Shown in pieces: positions 20,031 through 28,837 of a DNA stretch of 64,000 nt (the stretch's first letter is position 1; the number at the start of each line of letters is the position of its first letter). The notes below the pieces were generated by a model. That model was given only the letters and a program-made list of their open reading frames with translations. It was not told where the DNA came from and searched no databases. This DNA is from Nannocystis bainbridge. GTDB taxonomy: Bacteria; Myxococcota_A; Polyangia; Nannocystales; Nannocystaceae. The translations under genes and the position numbers were made by a program. The stretch is from contig NZ_JAQNDL010000002.1 of the NCBI RefSeq assembly GCF_028368995.1, forward strand, positions 1,824,001-1,888,000, written 5' to 3'.

Positions 20031-21593
20031 TCACCGCCGAGGCCGCCTGCGACGAGCCAGCGCCAGCGCCAGCAGGCTCCCGAGCCCAGCGCCGCCGTCG
20101 GCCTGACATCGTCCGCATCCGGCGGTCCGCGGCGGCGGCTCCCCCGTTGCGCCGCCCGGACTCGCCAAAAGCCGCGTCGCCTCATGGACGGCGGCCAGGC
20201 CGCCCACCACGTGCTCCGCCAGCACCACCTCGCGGCCCGCCGGGGCGGCCACCGGCACGTGCACGATCTGGTAGCGCTGCGATCCCCACACCTCGCGCCG
20301 CGGCTGCGCGCACGCGATCAGGCCGGGCCACCGGTGGCGAATGGCGAACTGGGCCTGAAAATTCGTGCCGCCATCGCTCGGCTGCGACTGCACGTTCTCC
20401 GTCACCGGCGCCAGCACCAGATCTTCGCCCGCAGCGGCCGGGTCGAGCCGAAGCTGCAGCTTGGTGTGCGTCAGCCCGTTGGGCCCCTCGTCCGGCCCCC
20501 AGACGCGCGGCCGGGGTTGCCGCCGCGCGTACTTGCTGCGCACCGCGGGATCGGTGGCGAGGAACGGCTCCTCGGCGGCGAGATCGAACTGAACCGCGTG
20601 GCTCGACGGAGGCGCTCTCCACATGGCCCAAAGGTCATCCCCGCCCAGGCTCCCCATGGTCCCCCAATCCAGCGGGGCCCCGAACTCCCGCCGGTGCGCG
20701 TACTCGGTGAGCACCGCCCCCGGCCGCGCCGCGAACAAGTGATCGAGGAGCGCCGCGTAGACCCCGTCGAACACCGCCTGGCTCGCCGGCGAGAGCTCGA
20801 GGCTGGACGGCACCGCCACGTTGTCACGACCGACGGCCCCGTACTGCCCATGCGCCAGCACGTGGACCGTCAGCGCGCGCGGCCCGTCAGCGTCGAGCAG
20901 CCCGAGTCGCACCGGCAGCGCCAGCGTCTCGCTCTCGTAGCTGAACTGCAGCGGCGACAGCTTCACGCCGCCCGTCGCGTCGCGCCGCGCGCGGCCGCGG
21001 TCCACTCGAGCCACCAAGAATCGCAGGCCCGCCTGGGCGTACGACCGCAGCGCCGCCTCGGCGCCGGCCGGCAGCGCGTAGCCGTGCTCTCGCAACCACT
21101 CGACCACCCGCGCCGAGTCGCGCGCGCCGAGCATCTCGAAGTCGTACTCGCTCGCGGTCGGGCGCGCCTCGATCGGCACCGGCGGCCACGTATCGAACCA
21201 CAGGCTGCTCGCGTTCCTGACCGGGAACCAGTCCCCACGCGCCTGCGCCTCGGCCTGCTCGCACGGGTTCTGCTCCCACACCGCCGTCAATCGCGGTCTC
21301 GTGGCCGCGTCGACCCGCGCCAGCACGTCGGCCGGCAGCGTGCGCACGTCCCCGCGCCGCAGCGCCTGCGGCACCGGCACCACCAGCGCGAAGTCCTCCG
21401 GCGGCCCTGCATATTCGCTCTGCATCGTCACCACCGTGCGCGTCCCGTCGCGCAACACCACCACCGTGGCCGCTCCTCCGCGCAGCGTCGCCCCCGGCCG
21501 ACCGACGAAGAGCCCCATCGCCGCGGCGGAGTCCGGGGCCAGCGACAAGCTGCCCGAAAGCACCGCCATGCGCGCCACTCGCCACTCCCGCAT
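20031..21593 (-). CDS. DUF2330 domain protein with MYXO-CTERM-like tail
   Basis: RTVVTMQSEYAGPPEDFALVVPVP, WLREHGY, LPVRLG; C-terminal GCGRC + hydrophobic stretch + RRRR. Confidence 0.8.
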   Translation of the reverse strand: MREWRVARMAVLSGSLSLAPDSAAAMGLFVGRPGATLRGGAATVVVLRDGTRTVVTMQSEYAGPPEDFALVVPVPQALRRGDVRTLPADVLARVDAATRPRLTAVWEQNPCEQAEAQARGDWFPVRNASSLWFDTWPPVPIEARPTASEYDFEMLGARDSARVVEWLREHGYALPAGAEAALRSYAQAGLRFLVARVDRGRARRDATGGVKLSPLQFSYESETLALPVRLGLLDADGPRALTVHVLAHGQYGAVGRDNVAVPSSLELSPASQAVFDGVYAALLDHLFAARPGAVLTEYAHRREFGAPLDWGTMGSLGGDDLWAMWRAPPSSHAVQFDLAAEEPFLATDPAVRSKYARRQPRPRVWGPDEGPNGLTHTKLQLRLDPAAAGEDLVLAPVTENVQSQPSDGGTNFQAQFAIRHRWPGLIACAQPRREVWGSQRYQIVHVPVAAPAGREVVLAEHVVGGLAAVHEATRLLASPGGATGEPPPRTAGCGRCQADGGAGLGSLLALALARRRRPRR

Positions 21594-21797
21594 CCTCCCT
21601 CGCTATCACGCCAGCGCCCCGCCCTGATCGGACACCGAGCGGACGCACTCCCGGGCAGCAACTCGCAGTCGCAGCCGCGCCGCCAGCGAGCCCCCACGCG
21701 CTCCTTTCAAGCCGCTGAACGCTCCACCCGCTTCGCTCCGCCCATCGCCGCCGCGAGCGCATGAGTCCGCCCGAGCCGCGTCGCGGCTCGACCGGCA

Positions 21798-21839
21798 TGA
21801 CCGAACGGCCATGTCCTTGTGAACATGTCCTACACCATC
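21798..21839. repeat. 14-bp palindrome array (3 units)
   Basis: tgaccgaacggcca|tgtccttgtgaaca|tgtcctacaccatc. Confidence 0.7.
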
Positions 21840-21898
21840 ACCCGCCGTGCACGCCCGCGCGCCCTCGCCCGCGTCGGCATGGCATACTCGCCCTCCCC

Positions 21899-22573
21899 GT
21901 GCTCCGCCGCTTCGCCCTGCTCGGCGACATCCACGCCGAGGATCGCCGCCTCGCCTTGGCCCTCACATGGCTCAAAGGACAGGCCATCGACGCCGTCCTC
22001 GCCGTCGGCGACCTGGCCGACGGCGACGGTGACCTCGACCACTGCTGCGCCCTCCTGGCCGCCCACCGGGTCCTCGGCGTGTGCGGCAACCATGATCGCT
22101 GGCTCCTGGGTGACGAGCTGCGCGGGCTCAAGCACGCCCACCAGGCCGTCGACCTCGCCCCGGCCACCCTCGCCTACCTCGCGGCCCTGCCAGCCACCCG
22201 CAGGCTGGCGACCGTGCGCGGCGACCTCTTGCTCGGCCACGGCGTCGGCCCCGACGACATGGTCCGGCTGCACGCCCACCACGCCGGCTACGACCTCGCC
22301 GCCAACTTCGCCCTCGCCGATCTGCTCGCCGATCCGTCGCTGCCGCTGGTCGCCGGCGGGCACACCCATCACCGCATGGTCCGCGCCTTTGACCGCCCGG
22401 CCGGCCCGCCGCTCGTGTTCATCAACCCCGGCACCCTGCACCGCGATCACGACAGCGGCTTCGCCGTCGTCGACCTCGAGCGGGCCCAGGTCGCCTACTT
22501 CGATCTCGTCGAACAGCCCGACCATTCGCTCGCCGTCCGCCCCGCCGAGGTCGCCCCGCTGCCGGGCGCCTGA
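21899..22573 (+). CDS. Calcineurin-like metallophosphoesterase
   Basis: GDIH, GDLAD, GNHD, GHG, GHTH, NPG motifs; GTG start chosen at 21899. Confidence 0.88.
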   Translation: MLRRFALLGDIHAEDRRLALALTWLKGQAIDAVLAVGDLADGDGDLDHCCALLAAHRVLGVCGNHDRWLLGDELRGLKHAHQAVDLAPATLAYLAALPATRRLATVRGDLLLGHGVGPDDMVRLHAHHAGYDLAANFALADLLADPSLPLVAGGHTHHRMVRAFDRPAGPPLVFINPGTLHRDHDSGFAVVDLERAQVAYFDLVEQPDHSLAVRPAEVAPLPGA

Positions 22574-22574
22574 G

Positions 22575-22602
22575 CGAACTCCGGGACATGTCCGCCGGGA
22601 CA
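22575..22602. repeat. 14-bp palindrome pair
   Basis: cgaactccgggaca|tgtccgccgggaca, directly after the stop codon. Confidence 0.7.
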
Positions 22603-22834
22603 GCCGCGTCCCGTCCGTCGCGGCGACGGCCGCACTCCGGGCCCGCAGACACCGTTCCCCGCGAGCCGCGTCGTCGCCGTGACGACCGCGCCCGGTGACA
22701 GCCCGCGGCCCCGCGGCCCCGCCGACGCTGCGACGGCTGCACACACGCACGCACGGACGCCGTTCCCTCGCCGGCCTGGCCGTCGCCTCGCCGCCACTTG
22801 ACGCCTCGCGCGGCCTCCGTGAACACTCCTCGGC

Positions 22835-23227
22835 GTGAACTTGCAGATACACAGCCCGCTACTCGTGACAGTATTGGTCACCGATCCACGCCTCGACGAG
22901 GGCGAGCGCGAGGCGCTGGCCCAGGCGCTCTACCTGCAGCTGCGCGACGCTCACGACGCGTTGCTCGACCTCCGTCGCCCGCGCGAGAGCGAACTGCCGC
23001 CAGGCGCCAAGGCGGCCGGCGCCACCGTCCTCGGGGCCTTCGTCGCCACCGTCGCCGCCGCCTCCTTGCGCCACTTCTTCGAGATCTTGGAGGAGCGCCT
23101 GCGGGCCCTCGAGGTCTCCCTTCAGCTCGACCTCGGCGGCCGCACCGTCCGGGTCATCGCCCGCAGCGCCGCCGACTTCGAAGCCGCCCTCGCCGCGGCC
23201 GCCGAGCTGGCCGCGGGGGGGCGCTGA
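22835..23227 (+). CDS. Small caspase-associated protein (EACC1-like)
   Basis: 130 aa with PPGAKA followed by a hydrophobic segment; ends 4 nt before the caspase gene. Confidence 0.65.
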   Translation: MNLQIHSPLLVTVLVTDPRLDEGEREALAQALYLQLRDAHDALLDLRRPRESELPPGAKAAGATVLGAFVATVAAASLRHFFEILEERLRALEVSLQLDLGGRTVRVIARSAADFEAALAAAAELAAGGR

Positions 23228-23231
23228 GCGT

Positions 23232-24764
23232 ATGGCTCGACGTATCGCCCTTATCGTCGGCGTGAGCCACTATACCGGCCTCGCCCCGCTGCCCAACTCG
23301 CTCCGCGACGCCGCGATGCTCGTCTCGGTGCTGCAGCACGTCGCCGGCTTCGACGACGTCCAGCTGCTGCAGGACCCCGACGAGCGGCGCCTCGGCGAGG
23401 CCGTCGAGCTGCTGTTCAACGACCGCGCCCCCGAAGACCTGCTGCTCTTCTATTTCTCGGGCCACGGGGTCAAGGACGACCGCGGCCTGCTGTTCTTCGC
23501 GGTGCCCGAGACCCGGCGCCACGCCAACGGCGAGCTCGTGCGCTCGTCGGCGGTCAGCTCGCGCCACGTGCACGACGTCATGAACAACTCGCGCTCGCGG
23601 CGGCAGGTCGTGATCCTCGACTGCTGCTTCTCGGGCGCGTTCGCCGACGGCACCCACGCCAAGGACGGCGGCCGCGTCGACCTGCGCGAGAGCATGGGCG
23701 GCGAAGGCCGGGCCGTGCTCGCCTCGAGCTCGTCGACGCAGTACTCGTTCGACACCCAGGACGGCGGCCTCTCGCTCTACACACAATTCCTGGTCCACGG
23801 CATCGCCACCGGCGAGGCCGACCTCAACCACGACGGCCTCATCACCGCCGACGAGCTGCACGAGTACGCCCGCACCAAGGTCCAGGCGACCCGCCCGGCC
23901 ATGTCGCCGCAGATCCTGCCCGCCAAGGAGGGCTATTCGATCGTCATCAGCAAGGCCAGGCGCGTCGATCCGGTGCTCGCCTACGCGGCCAAGGTGCGCG
24001 AGCTCGCCGATCCCTCCGGCGCGCTGCCGGTGACCGCCGTCGAGGTCCTGAGGCACCAGCGCCGGCAGCTCGGGCTGTCCGGCGATCAGGCGCGCCTGCT
24101 CGAGGAGAACGAGCTCGCGCCGATCCGCAAGCGGGCGGTCAACCGCGCCACCCTGCGCCGCTCGGTGTTCGCGGCCCGGCGCAAGAAGCGGATCGAGGTC
24201 GACCGACCGCTCCTCAACGAGCTGCGGATCGCCCTCAACCTCACCGAGAGCGACCTCCGCTCCATGCTCGAGGAGCCGATCACGCTCCAGCGCCAGAAGG
24301 TCCGCGGCTGGATGTTCTGGCCCGAGCGCATGGCGATCCTCAGCGCCTTCATGGTCGGCTTCGCCATCGTCGTCACCCTCGCGCGGCCGACCTGGGACGC
24401 CTGGCGCGCGGACACGAAGACCACGCCGCAGCTCCAGCCGCACGTCGTCGCCGCGCCGACCGAGCCGAAGCCGCCCGCGGCCGAGGCCAAGCCCCGGCGC
24501 GAGCGGCCGTGGTGGTGCATCTGCTACGTGCGAAACAACGACGTCGCCGTCACTGCCTGTCGCGAGTCCGCCGCGAACTGCGAGTCGCTGCGGCGCGTGA
24601 TCCACGGCGGCTCGGACGAGATCCGGGCCCGCTCCGCGACCACCAGCTGCGAGTCCGTGCACGCCGAGCACCCCGGCGACGTGCTCGTCGCCAGCACGTG
24701 GCGCCCGTCGCAGAAAGCGGGCTCGTGGGTCAGCGAAGGCGCCTGCCTGCTGCCGGCGCGCTGA
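23232..24764 (+). CDS. Caspase-family (peptidase C14) protein with TM and Cys-rich C-terminal domain
   Basis: RIALIVGVSHY, catalytic FYFSGHG and ILDCCFSG, TM MAILSAFMVGFAIVVTLA, C-terminal WWCICY...C...C...C...C. Confidence 0.9.
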   Translation: MARRIALIVGVSHYTGLAPLPNSLRDAAMLVSVLQHVAGFDDVQLLQDPDERRLGEAVELLFNDRAPEDLLLFYFSGHGVKDDRGLLFFAVPETRRHANGELVRSSAVSSRHVHDVMNNSRSRRQVVILDCCFSGAFADGTHAKDGGRVDLRESMGGEGRAVLASSSSTQYSFDTQDGGLSLYTQFLVHGIATGEADLNHDGLITADELHEYARTKVQATRPAMSPQILPAKEGYSIVISKARRVDPVLAYAAKVRELADPSGALPVTAVEVLRHQRRQLGLSGDQARLLEENELAPIRKRAVNRATLRRSVFAARRKKRIEVDRPLLNELRIALNLTESDLRSMLEEPITLQRQKVRGWMFWPERMAILSAFMVGFAIVVTLARPTWDAWRADTKTTPQLQPHVVAAPTEPKPPAAEAKPRRERPWWCICYVRNNDVAVTACRESAANCESLRRVIHGGSDEIRARSATTSCESVHAEHPGDVLVASTWRPSQKAGSWVSEGACLLPAR

Positions 24765-24770
24765 CGGCTC

Positions 24771-25262
24771 TCACGGGGTGCAGTCGTGATAGCCCAGGCC
24801 GTTCCACGCCAGGTTCGGGCACTCGTCGCCCATCGCCTTGACGATCGCGCCCTGACCGACGATGGCGCGCGCGGCGAGCCGATCGACGTCGGCCGCCGCC
24901 TGGCTCGAGTAACCGCCGACGAACACGAAATAGAGGCCCTTGCCGAAGTTCTGGTGGACGATCCACGGCATCAATCGGCGCGAGCGCAGGACGGCGCGGG
25001 CGATCCCGCGGGCCTCTTCCAGGGTGTTGTCGGCCGAGATCCGGATCGCGTACGCGGTCTGCGAGTGATCGACGCGCAGGACCTCCTCGAGCTCGGCCTC
25101 GCTCGCTTGCGACGCGCTCGGCCGCGGCGCCTCGGTCGGCGGCGGCGGGAGCTTGATGACCTCGACCGGCGCGTGGCCATCCGCGCCCGACGAGCACCCG
25201 AACAGGGACGATGCGATAGCGAGCGCGACATAGCTGCGCCCGCGGCGAATATGGAGCTTCAT
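24771..25262 (-). CDS. Putative lipoprotein, SPOR-like domain
   Basis: Lipobox LFGC; YAIRI...YFVFVGGYSSQAAA resembles SPOR. Confidence 0.65.
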   Translation of the reverse strand: MKLHIRRGRSYVALAIASSLFGCSSGADGHAPVEVIKLPPPPTEAPRPSASQASEAELEEVLRVDHSQTAYAIRISADNTLEEARGIARAVLRSRRLMPWIVHQNFGKGLYFVFVGGYSSQAAADVDRLAARAIVGQGAIVKAMGDECPNLAWNGLGYHDCTP

Positions 25263-25361
25263 CCCGCCGATGCTACGCAACCGCGCGCCCGGGGCAATCC
25301 GCGAACGCCGATAACTCGCGCCCGCTCGCGCAGCCCGCCGTGATCCCCGCGCCGCAGACCA

Positions 25362-25417
25362 TGTCCGCGAGGACATGCCCGAAGGGACCTGCTCTTCGGA
25401 GCATGTCTTCCGGGGCC
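25362..25417. repeat. 14-bp palindrome array (4 units)
   Basis: tgtccgcgaggaca|tgcccgaagggacc|tgctcttcggagca|tgtcttccggggcc. Confidence 0.85.
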
Positions 25418-25483
25418 TTTTAGAATGTTGGGCGGGCGCCCGTTCGCCGCGCGACGCTGCTCTTTGCGCCTCTGAAGGTTCGC

Positions 25484-25534
25484 CGCGAGGTTCATCGCGC
25501 AGCGAGGTTCATCGCGCAGCGAGGTTCATCGCGC
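25484..25534. repeat. 17-bp tandem repeat x3
   Basis: (gcgaggttcatcgcgca)3. Confidence 0.85.
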
Positions 25535-25577
25535 CACCCTCGTCCCGACGCCGACCGCGAGCCTCGCCGCGCTCGCA

Positions 25578-25647
25578 TGCCCATACGAACATGTCAAAAA
25601 CGCCATGTCCTCGCGGACATGCCCGTACGAACATGTCCCTCGCTACA
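25578..25647. repeat. 14-bp palindrome array (5 units)
   Basis: tgcccatacgaaca|tgtcaaaaacgcca|tgtcctcgcggaca|tgcccgtacgaaca|tgtccctcgctaca. Confidence 0.88.
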
Positions 25648-25653
25648 CCCCGC

Positions 25654-26925
25654 TCACAGGCACTCGTTGCGCGGGTCGCCCGGCTCGTGGCACTTCAGGC
25701 ACACCCGGTGGTTGCGGGCCGCCAGCGCCGAGCAGCGCATCGACGCCGCGAAGCCGGGCCCGTGCGGGCTGACGTTCAGCCCCGGCATGGCGGCCCTGGT
25801 GGTAGCGTGGCAGGCCAGGCAGCTGTCCTCCGTGTGGCAGCTGGCGCAGGTGGCGATGTTGCGCTGGGCCGCGAACGCGTGGCTCTGCGGCGAGTCGGGC
25901 GGGCCCTCCCAGCCGATCGGATGGAACCGCAGCGACGAGCCGACCCCGAACTTCGCGTCGGGCCCGCTGCCCATCCCGAGCCGCTGGTGGCAGGCCAGGC
26001 AGTCGGTCTGCATGCGGTGACACGACTGGCAGTCCTGCGTGTTCGCGCGGGCGTCGAGCGCGTGCGTCGTCATGTAGTCGCCCGCGTGGATCCGCATCGG
26101 CCGGACCGCGCCCGCGTGGCAGTCGGTGCAGAACGTCTCGTTGTGGCACTGCGCGCACAGGCTCGGGTTGGCCTTGGCGATCCCGCGGTGGTCCTCGACG
26201 AACGCGAGGTCGTGCGCCGCGCCCCACGAGCTCTTGCCGCGGGGCACCAGCGCCGGCATCACCCGGTCGCTGAAGCTGCGCGTCGCCAGCTTGCCGTTGG
26301 TGTCGGCCGGGTGGCAGGTCGCGCAGCTGCTGCTGGCCTTGCGGCCGTCGTGGCAGGTCAGGCACGACGCCTCGCTCGGCAGCTGCAGCACCGTCGCCAT
26401 GCGCACCTTCGACATGTCGCCGTGGCACGACTGGCAGTTGGCGCCGGCCGTCAGGTGCTTCTTGTGCGAGAAGTTGAGGTTGGCCTTCGGCGCCCGCAGC
26501 GTCGCCGTCACCCGCCCCTCCGACAGCCGCGTGTGGCACTGCCCGCAGCGCGCCGGCTCGGTCGCCGGGCGCGGGTGCTGCGGCCCGTGGCAGCTGTCGC
26601 ACACCGCCCCGGTCGGGAAGTTGAAGTCCGCCGTCTTGTCGCTCTCGCCGATCTTGGTGTGGCAGCGCGCGCACGCCAGCCCGAGCCCGAGGTGCTGCCC
26701 GTGGTTGAAGCGCAGCGGGATGTCCTGCTCGGGGTACACCGGGCTGCCGCCGCGCATCGGCCCGTGCGTCACCGGGGCCGTCGCCGGCACCTCGCCGATC
26801 GTCAGCCCGCCGCCCGCCTGCACGTAAAGACCTGTCCCGAAGGCCAGCCCGATCATGGTGACCGCGGCGGCCGCCGCGAGCCCGCGACCTCGTCCTCCCC
26901 GTGGTGTGTTCGTGTACCGCGTCAT
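25654..26925 (-). CDS. Multiheme cytochrome c (13 CxxCH), c3/c7-like N-terminal part
   Basis: ATG 26925 preceded by GGAGGTGA; N-terminal hydrophobic helix; 13 CxxCH motifs counted; FNHGQH and FSHKKH c3-type motifs. Confidence 0.92.
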   Translation of the reverse strand: MTRYTNTPRGGRGRGLAAAAAVTMIGLAFGTGLYVQAGGGLTIGEVPATAPVTHGPMRGGSPVYPEQDIPLRFNHGQHLGLGLACARCHTKIGESDKTADFNFPTGAVCDSCHGPQHPRPATEPARCGQCHTRLSEGRVTATLRAPKANLNFSHKKHLTAGANCQSCHGDMSKVRMATVLQLPSEASCLTCHDGRKASSSCATCHPADTNGKLATRSFSDRVMPALVPRGKSSWGAAHDLAFVEDHRGIAKANPSLCAQCHNETFCTDCHAGAVRPMRIHAGDYMTTHALDARANTQDCQSCHRMQTDCLACHQRLGMGSGPDAKFGVGSSLRFHPIGWEGPPDSPQSHAFAAQRNIATCASCHTEDSCLACHATTRAAMPGLNVSPHGPGFAASMRCSALAARNHRVCLKCHEPGDPRNECL

Positions 26926-26927
26926 GC

Positions 26928-28442
26928 TCACCTCCGGACCCGGATCGACCAGTCGGCCGTCAGCGCGCCGAACAGCCGGAAGGCCTGCGAATAAAAGGTC
27001 GTGAACATCTCCTCGCCGAGCACCGCGAGGTGGATGCCGCGCCACAGCTGGGCGTTGAGCCCGAGCTGCAGCGCCACGCTGTAGCCGCGGCGCGCCCCGG
27101 TCAGGTCGTCGCGGTAGTACACGCCGTAGATGCGGGCGTCGAGCGCCAGCCGGTCCCACCACACCATCGTCCGCGTGTCGAGGCTGCCGCCGGCCCGCGT
27201 GCCGCCCTCGCCACCGAGGCCGTAACCGTCGAGCCGGCCCGAGAAGCGGCGCCCGCGGTACGCCGCCGACGCCCCGCCGCCGGCACCGAGCTGCAGCGAC
27301 TTGAGCGGCGAGGTCGCCAGCGCACCCGTCGTCTCGCTGCGAAAGAACCGCATCTGCCCGCGCGCCTGCAGCGAGATCCGCGGCATCGGCCGCACCTCGA
27401 ACACCAGCCGCGCGTCCTCGAACGGCGTCAGCGCGAACACGTTGAAGATCGAGTCGAGGTCGAAGATCGGCAGCGTGCGGATGTACAGCGCGCGCAGCAG
27501 GTGCTGCGGCGTGAACGCCAGCTGCAGGCCCGCGGTCACGTCGTCGAGCCGACCTGTCCCGAGGTTCATGCGCAGCGCGCCGTACGGGCTGACCCGCCCG
27601 CCGGCGAAGTTGCCGGCGAAGCTGGCGCTCACCACCTCCTGATCGACCCCCGAGGGCAGGCCGAGGCTGCCGTCGTCGTCGACGATCTTGCGGTTGATGC
27701 CGGCCGGCGTGAACGTGCGCCGGTAGGCCACGCGCGCGTCGATCCACTTGAGCCCCCACAGCGACACGCCGGCGCCGAACATCGGCGAGAACGCGCGGTC
27801 GGCCGCGGTGCCCTGGGTCCCGTCGAGCTCGAACGTCGGCAGCCCGAACACCGCCGTGCCGTCGACCTGCAGCCCGCCGAACGCCTCGAGCGCGAGGTGG
27901 GCCGGGATCCGCACGCGCGTCCACGCGCCGTCGAACGCGTACCAGTCGAGCCCGCTGAACTCGAACTGGCGCCCGAGCTTGAAGTCGACCCGGTTGCCGA
28001 GGTTCTCGCCCTCGAGGTACGCGAACATGACGTCGATCTGGCGCCCGTCGATCGAATTGACCAGCCGCCCCGACGTATCCTCGCCCGGACGCACGTAGCT
28101 GCCGAAATCGTGGCGCAGCCGCATCGAGGTCACGATCCGCAGCTGCCCGTCCTCCCACGCCCGCCGCCGCTCGTCGGCCGCGCGCGGCGGCATCAGCTCG
28201 TAGACCCCCAGGTTGACGTACTGGACCAGCCGACGCCGCGAGAGCAGCTGTCCTTCGGGACCTGGCACTTGGACCATGTACCCTTCGCCCAGCGTGCGGG
28301 CGACCGCGCGCACCTCGGTCGCCGCGGCCTCCTCGGGCGCCGCGGCGATCACCGCGGCCAGCGCGAGCGGCAGGGCCCGGACGCGGCCCCGGCCCGGCGC
28401 GCCGGCGACGCTGTGCGCGATCGATCCCCCTGCCCGCAGCAA
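26928..28442 (-). CDS. Putative outer-membrane beta-barrel (porin-like) co-transcribed with the cytochrome
   Basis: Signal-like LPLALAAVIAAAPEEAAA; many alternating aromatic/hydrophobic strands (VDFKLGRQF, IDARVAYRRTF, FRLFGALTADW); stop 2 nt before the cytochrome ATG. TTG start is uncertain. Confidence 0.72.
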   Translation of the reverse strand: MLRAGGSIAHSVAGAPGRGRVRALPLALAAVIAAAPEEAAATEVRAVARTLGEGYMVQVPGPEGQLLSRRRLVQYVNLGVYELMPPRAADERRRAWEDGQLRIVTSMRLRHDFGSYVRPGEDTSGRLVNSIDGRQIDVMFAYLEGENLGNRVDFKLGRQFEFSGLDWYAFDGAWTRVRIPAHLALEAFGGLQVDGTAVFGLPTFELDGTQGTAADRAFSPMFGAGVSLWGLKWIDARVAYRRTFTPAGINRKIVDDDGSLGLPSGVDQEVVSASFAGNFAGGRVSPYGALRMNLGTGRLDDVTAGLQLAFTPQHLLRALYIRTLPIFDLDSIFNVFALTPFEDARLVFEVRPMPRISLQARGQMRFFRSETTGALATSPLKSLQLGAGGGASAAYRGRRFSGRLDGYGLGGEGGTRAGGSLDTRTMVWWDRLALDARIYGVYYRDDLTGARRGYSVALQLGLNAQLWRGIHLAVLGEEMFTTFYSQAFRLFGALTADWSIRVRR

Positions 28443-28837
28443 ACGCTCGTATGCTAAGCCATTCGCCGGCCCTCGGTCTCCACCGATCGTGCCGCCACCA
28501 CCTCGCCCCGGGGTCCCCCTTGCCGCGCTCCCGTCTCGCACGACCCAGGTCCGCCGCGCCCATCCATCGCTCCGCCGCCGCCACGCCGGCCGCACGAGGA
28601 CCTGGCGCCGCGCGCACGGACCCCTCCGCCGTCGGACCTGCGCACGCGACCGGGCCCTCGATCCCGGCGGCGATGACCGCGAATTCATCTTCGCCCGACA
28701 GCCGCGGTCAGCGTGCCGCTTCGTCCGCGACGCCGACCGCCGACCGCCGTCACGCCGCGTCGCGGGCCTCCCTCCGCGAACCCGCGCACTCGGCTTCAGG
28801 CCCCGCGATCGCGGCGCCTGCCCCCGCCACCGCCCCG

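Noticed and set aside
25654-28617. 987-aa ORF as one giant cytochrome
   Set aside because: The first approx. 560 aa are an Arg/Gly-rich shadow frame of the barrel gene; a good RBS and ATG sit at 26925.
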